Assembly: GCF_006345805.1 (NCBI RefSeq)
Contig: NC_043019.1
Coordinates: forward strand, 1 to 64,000
Source: Octopus sinensis
Taxonomy: Eukaryota
Direction: 5' to 3'
Length of the DNA: 64,000 nucleotides
The notes under the pieces are model-generated. The model was not told the DNA's origin. It worked only from the letters and a program-made list of their open reading frames with translations, and searched no databases. A program made the translations under genes and the position numbers. This document shows, one piece after another, positions 49,955 to 64,000 of the stretch (position 1 is the stretch's first letter; each line of letters starts with the position of its first letter).

Positions 49955-50255
49955 TAGCGTGAAAACGCGTTGCTTAGTAATTACGATATTCGACTCATGA
50001 TCCTCAGGTCGTGTGTTCGATTCCTGGTGGTTCTTTGTCTCCTTGAAGAAGGCACTTTATTTCACATTGCTCAAGTTGGCTAAGAAAATTGGCTTGTATT
50101 TGTATCGCGTGTCACGCTGAATATCAATGAGAACCACGTTAAGGGCCGGCGTGTTTCTCGAGTACTCGGCCACTCGCACGTTAATTTCCCGAGCAGGCTG
50201 TTTCGTTGATCGGATCAACTGGAACCCTCGTCGTCGTAACCGACGGAGTGTCAGT
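49955..50255 (+). mobile_element. tRNA-headed SINE (another family)
   Basis: B-box-like GTGTTCGATTCC and a 3' region GATCAACTGGAACCCTCGTCGTCGTAACCGACGGAGTG. Confidence 0.6.
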
Positions 50256-50264
50256 TTTACCATT

Positions 50265-50303
<39 letters not shown>

Positions 50304-50719
50304 TTGTGATCTTGTATTTGTGCTTATCCCCCACCACTCTGTAACTTAGCAGTTCGCCAAAAATGTGATCGATGAGAATAAGTACCTGGCTCAGAAGAGT
50401 ATATAAGTACTAATGTCAATTTTTTTCAACTAACTCTATACAGGTGGTGCCCCAGCGGGGCCGCAGTCTAATGAATGGAGCAAGTAAAAGTAAATAAATT
50501 TATATACATATGGCGCAGGCATACTGCGTAGTAAGAAGCTTGGTTCTCAAACATATTGTTCTGGGTTCAGTTCCTCTGCGTGGCACCTCGTCAAGTGTCT
50601 TTTACTATAGCCGCGAGCCGGCGAAATCCTTATAAGTGGATTTGGTAGGCGGAAACTGAAAGTAGCCAGTTGTGCATAAATAATGAGTGTATGTCTTTTT
50701 ATGTATGTCTTATTTATTT

Positions 50720-51120
50720 CTTTAGTACCCACAAGGGGCTAAACATAGAGGGGGCAAACAAGGACAGTCAAAGGGATAAGTCGATTACATCGACCCCAGT
50801 GCGAACTGGAACTTTATTTATCGACCCCGAATGGATAAAAGACAAAGTCGACCTCGGCGGAATTTGAACTAAGAACGTAACGACAGACAAAATACCTATT
50901 CTTTATTACCACAAGGGGCTAAACTTAGAGGGGAAAAACAAGGACAGACATAGGTATTAAGTCGATTAACATCGACCCCAGTGCGTAACTGGACTTAATT
51001 TAAGACCCGAAAGGATGAAAGGCAAAGTCGACCTCGGCGGAATTTGAAACTAACGTAACGGCAGACGAAATACCGCTAAACATATCGCCGGCGTGCTAAC
51101 TTTTCTGCCAGCTCTCAGCT
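50720..51120 (-). mobile_element. SINE family B head-to-tail dimer (mirror at 53262-53665)
   Basis: Two tandem units of about 200 bp joined at AAAGAAATAGGTATT. Confidence 0.8.
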
Positions 51121-51148
51121 AATCTATATCTATCTATTATCTATCTAT

Positions 51149-51196
<48 letters not shown>

Positions 51197-51555
51197 ACGT
51201 ATGTCTGTTTGTCTATCTATCCATCTCTGTTTCTAGTTGTCTCACCCTCTCTATCACTCTCTCCCTCTCTCTCTCTGTATATATCTATCTATCTATCTAT
51301 CTATCTATTCACCTTAATATAAATTTATATGAATAAGGATAAGATCGATATTTAAATACCGATCTTATCTAGATGGCCAGCATGGGAATAAAACGGGGTC
51401 GATGGAGGGTGGGAGTTAAGCAGCCAACAGCAGCCCCCAAACAGCTACCTATCCCACTCCCATGCCATCTCACCCTTATCTCTTTATATATATATGTATA
51501 TAATATATATAGATATATATATACATATATTTATTAATAATAATAGGGTATATTT

Positions 51556-51728
51556 AGGGTATCTTAGAGATACCTCGACACTGGAAATAGCAGTCAAAAC
51601 TTGACTCTAAAACCACATTGAATGTTCATACAGCACCTTCTCTCCTAGTGTTGTATGAACATTTAATGTGGTTTTAGAGTCAAGTTTTGACTGCTATTTC
51701 CAGCGTCGAGGTATCTCTTAGATACCCT
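51556..51728. repeat. 81-bp-arm hairpin (4 mismatches, 11-nt loop)
   Basis: 51556-51636 is the reverse complement of 51648-51728. Confidence 0.92.
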
Positions 51729-51944
51729 GAATTATAATATCACCTTAATATATTAATTTCTTATTTCTTACACAAATATCAAAATCTCATCACAACACGC
51801 ACACTTGATATATTATATTTAAAAGTTGAACTTGTTTCTCAGTGTCAAGGTCACCGATGGACGGTTGTGACCAGTTCGTACTACACAGGACTACCAACAT
51901 TTTCTCAGTAATCCTAACATGTTCTGAAAGGTATATGAGTAAGG

Positions 51945-52860
51945 ACAAGGCGGCGAGCTGGCAGAAACGTTAGCACGCCGAGCGAAATGCGTTGCTGTAT
52001 TTCGTCTGCCGTTACGTTCCGAGTTCAAATTCCGCCGAGGTCGACTTTGCCTTTCACCCTTCCGGGGTCGATAAATTAAGTACCAGTTACACACTGGGGT
52101 CGATGTAATCGATTTAATCCGTTTGTCTGTCCTTGTTTGTCTCCTCTGTATTTAGCCCCTTGTGGGTAGTAAAGAAATATATATGAGTAAGGGCTTTTGT
52201 GTATGTGTGTGTACGATGGAGGGTGGGAGTTAAGCAGCCAACAGCAGCCCTCCAAACAGCTACCTATCCCACTCCCATACCATCTCAGCCTTATCTCTTT
52301 AGAAAATGAAAGATATCACGAAGATAATGAAATCCGTGTATGTTTTGTGGGGGGTGGGGGTATTAACATGAATAAACAACATTTCACAATTATCTACCTG
52401 TTCGCATCATCATATAGAAAAGGAATCAGAACAACATTATGCATTATACATAGAATTTTTGTTATCGTTAGCGCGCCGGGCGAAATGCTTAGCGGTATTT
52501 CGACTGCCGTTACGTTCTGAGTTCAAATTCCGCCGGGATCGTCTTTGCCTTTCATTCTTTCGGGGTCGATAAATAAAGTACCAGTTTCAAACTGGGGTCG
52601 ATGTAATCGACTTAATCCCTTTGACTGTCCTTGTTTGTCCCCTCTGTGTTTAGCCCCTTGTGGGTAGTAAAGAAATAGGTATTTCGTCTCTCGTTACGTT
52701 CTGAGTTCAAATTCTGCCGAGGTCGACTTTGCCTTTCATCCTTTCGGGGTCGATAAATAAAGTACCAGTTTCGCACTGGGGTCGATGTAATCGACTTAAT
52801 CCCTTTGTCTGTCCTTGTTTGTACCCTCTATGTTTAGCCCCTTGTGGGCAATAAAGAAAT
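51945..52860 (+). mobile_element. SINE family B copies (monomer 51945-52180, dimer 52470-52860)
   Basis: Near-consensus family B matches. Confidence 0.82.
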
Positions 52861-52928
52861 ATATACATAGAATTTTTATATACATTTGAAAATATGTATG
52901 CTACAACAGTGCTACCCAAAGTGGTGGT

Positions 52929-53028
52929 NNNNNNNNNNNNNNNNNNNNNNNNNNNNNNNNNNNNNNNNNNNNNNNNNNNNNNNNNNNNNNNNNNNNNNNN
53001 NNNNNNNNNNNNNNNNNNNNNNNNNNNN
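52929..53028. other. Assembly gap (100 N)
   Basis: A run of exactly 100 N. Confidence 0.99.
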
Positions 53029-53029
53029 A

Positions 53030-64000
<10,971 letters not shown>

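Overview
This is eukaryotic, AT-rich, microsatellite-saturated genomic DNA. It is most likely from an octopus (inferred from the SINE families and the repeat landscape). One host gene is present: five coding exons (1952-26490, + strand) encoding the C-terminal GT64 glycosyltransferase domain of a divergent EXTL3-like (exostosin-like) gene, whose 5' exons lie upstream of the window. The rest is mostly transposable-element debris: Tc1 and mariner fragments, several tRNA-type SINE families, RTE, RTEX, Tx1, R4/Dong and CR1-like LINE fragments, Helitrons (two carrying PIF1 fragments), piggyBac-like MITEs, a possible solo LTR, and a Penelope-like element with RT and GIY-YIG domains. The most striking pattern is a set of minimal type I hammerhead ribozyme motifs from several unrelated families, mostly arranged as outward-facing inverted pairs. 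Three lie in sense orientation inside introns of the gene, and one has the compensatory U3:A8 core (UUGAAAA). An unexplained module with a conserved hairpin occurs four times at 44.2-47.1 kb. The last 11 kb (53030-64000) is a near-identical inverted copy of 40383-51313 that begins exactly at a 100-N gap, so it is probably an assembly artefact. All assignments were made by eye without database searches.
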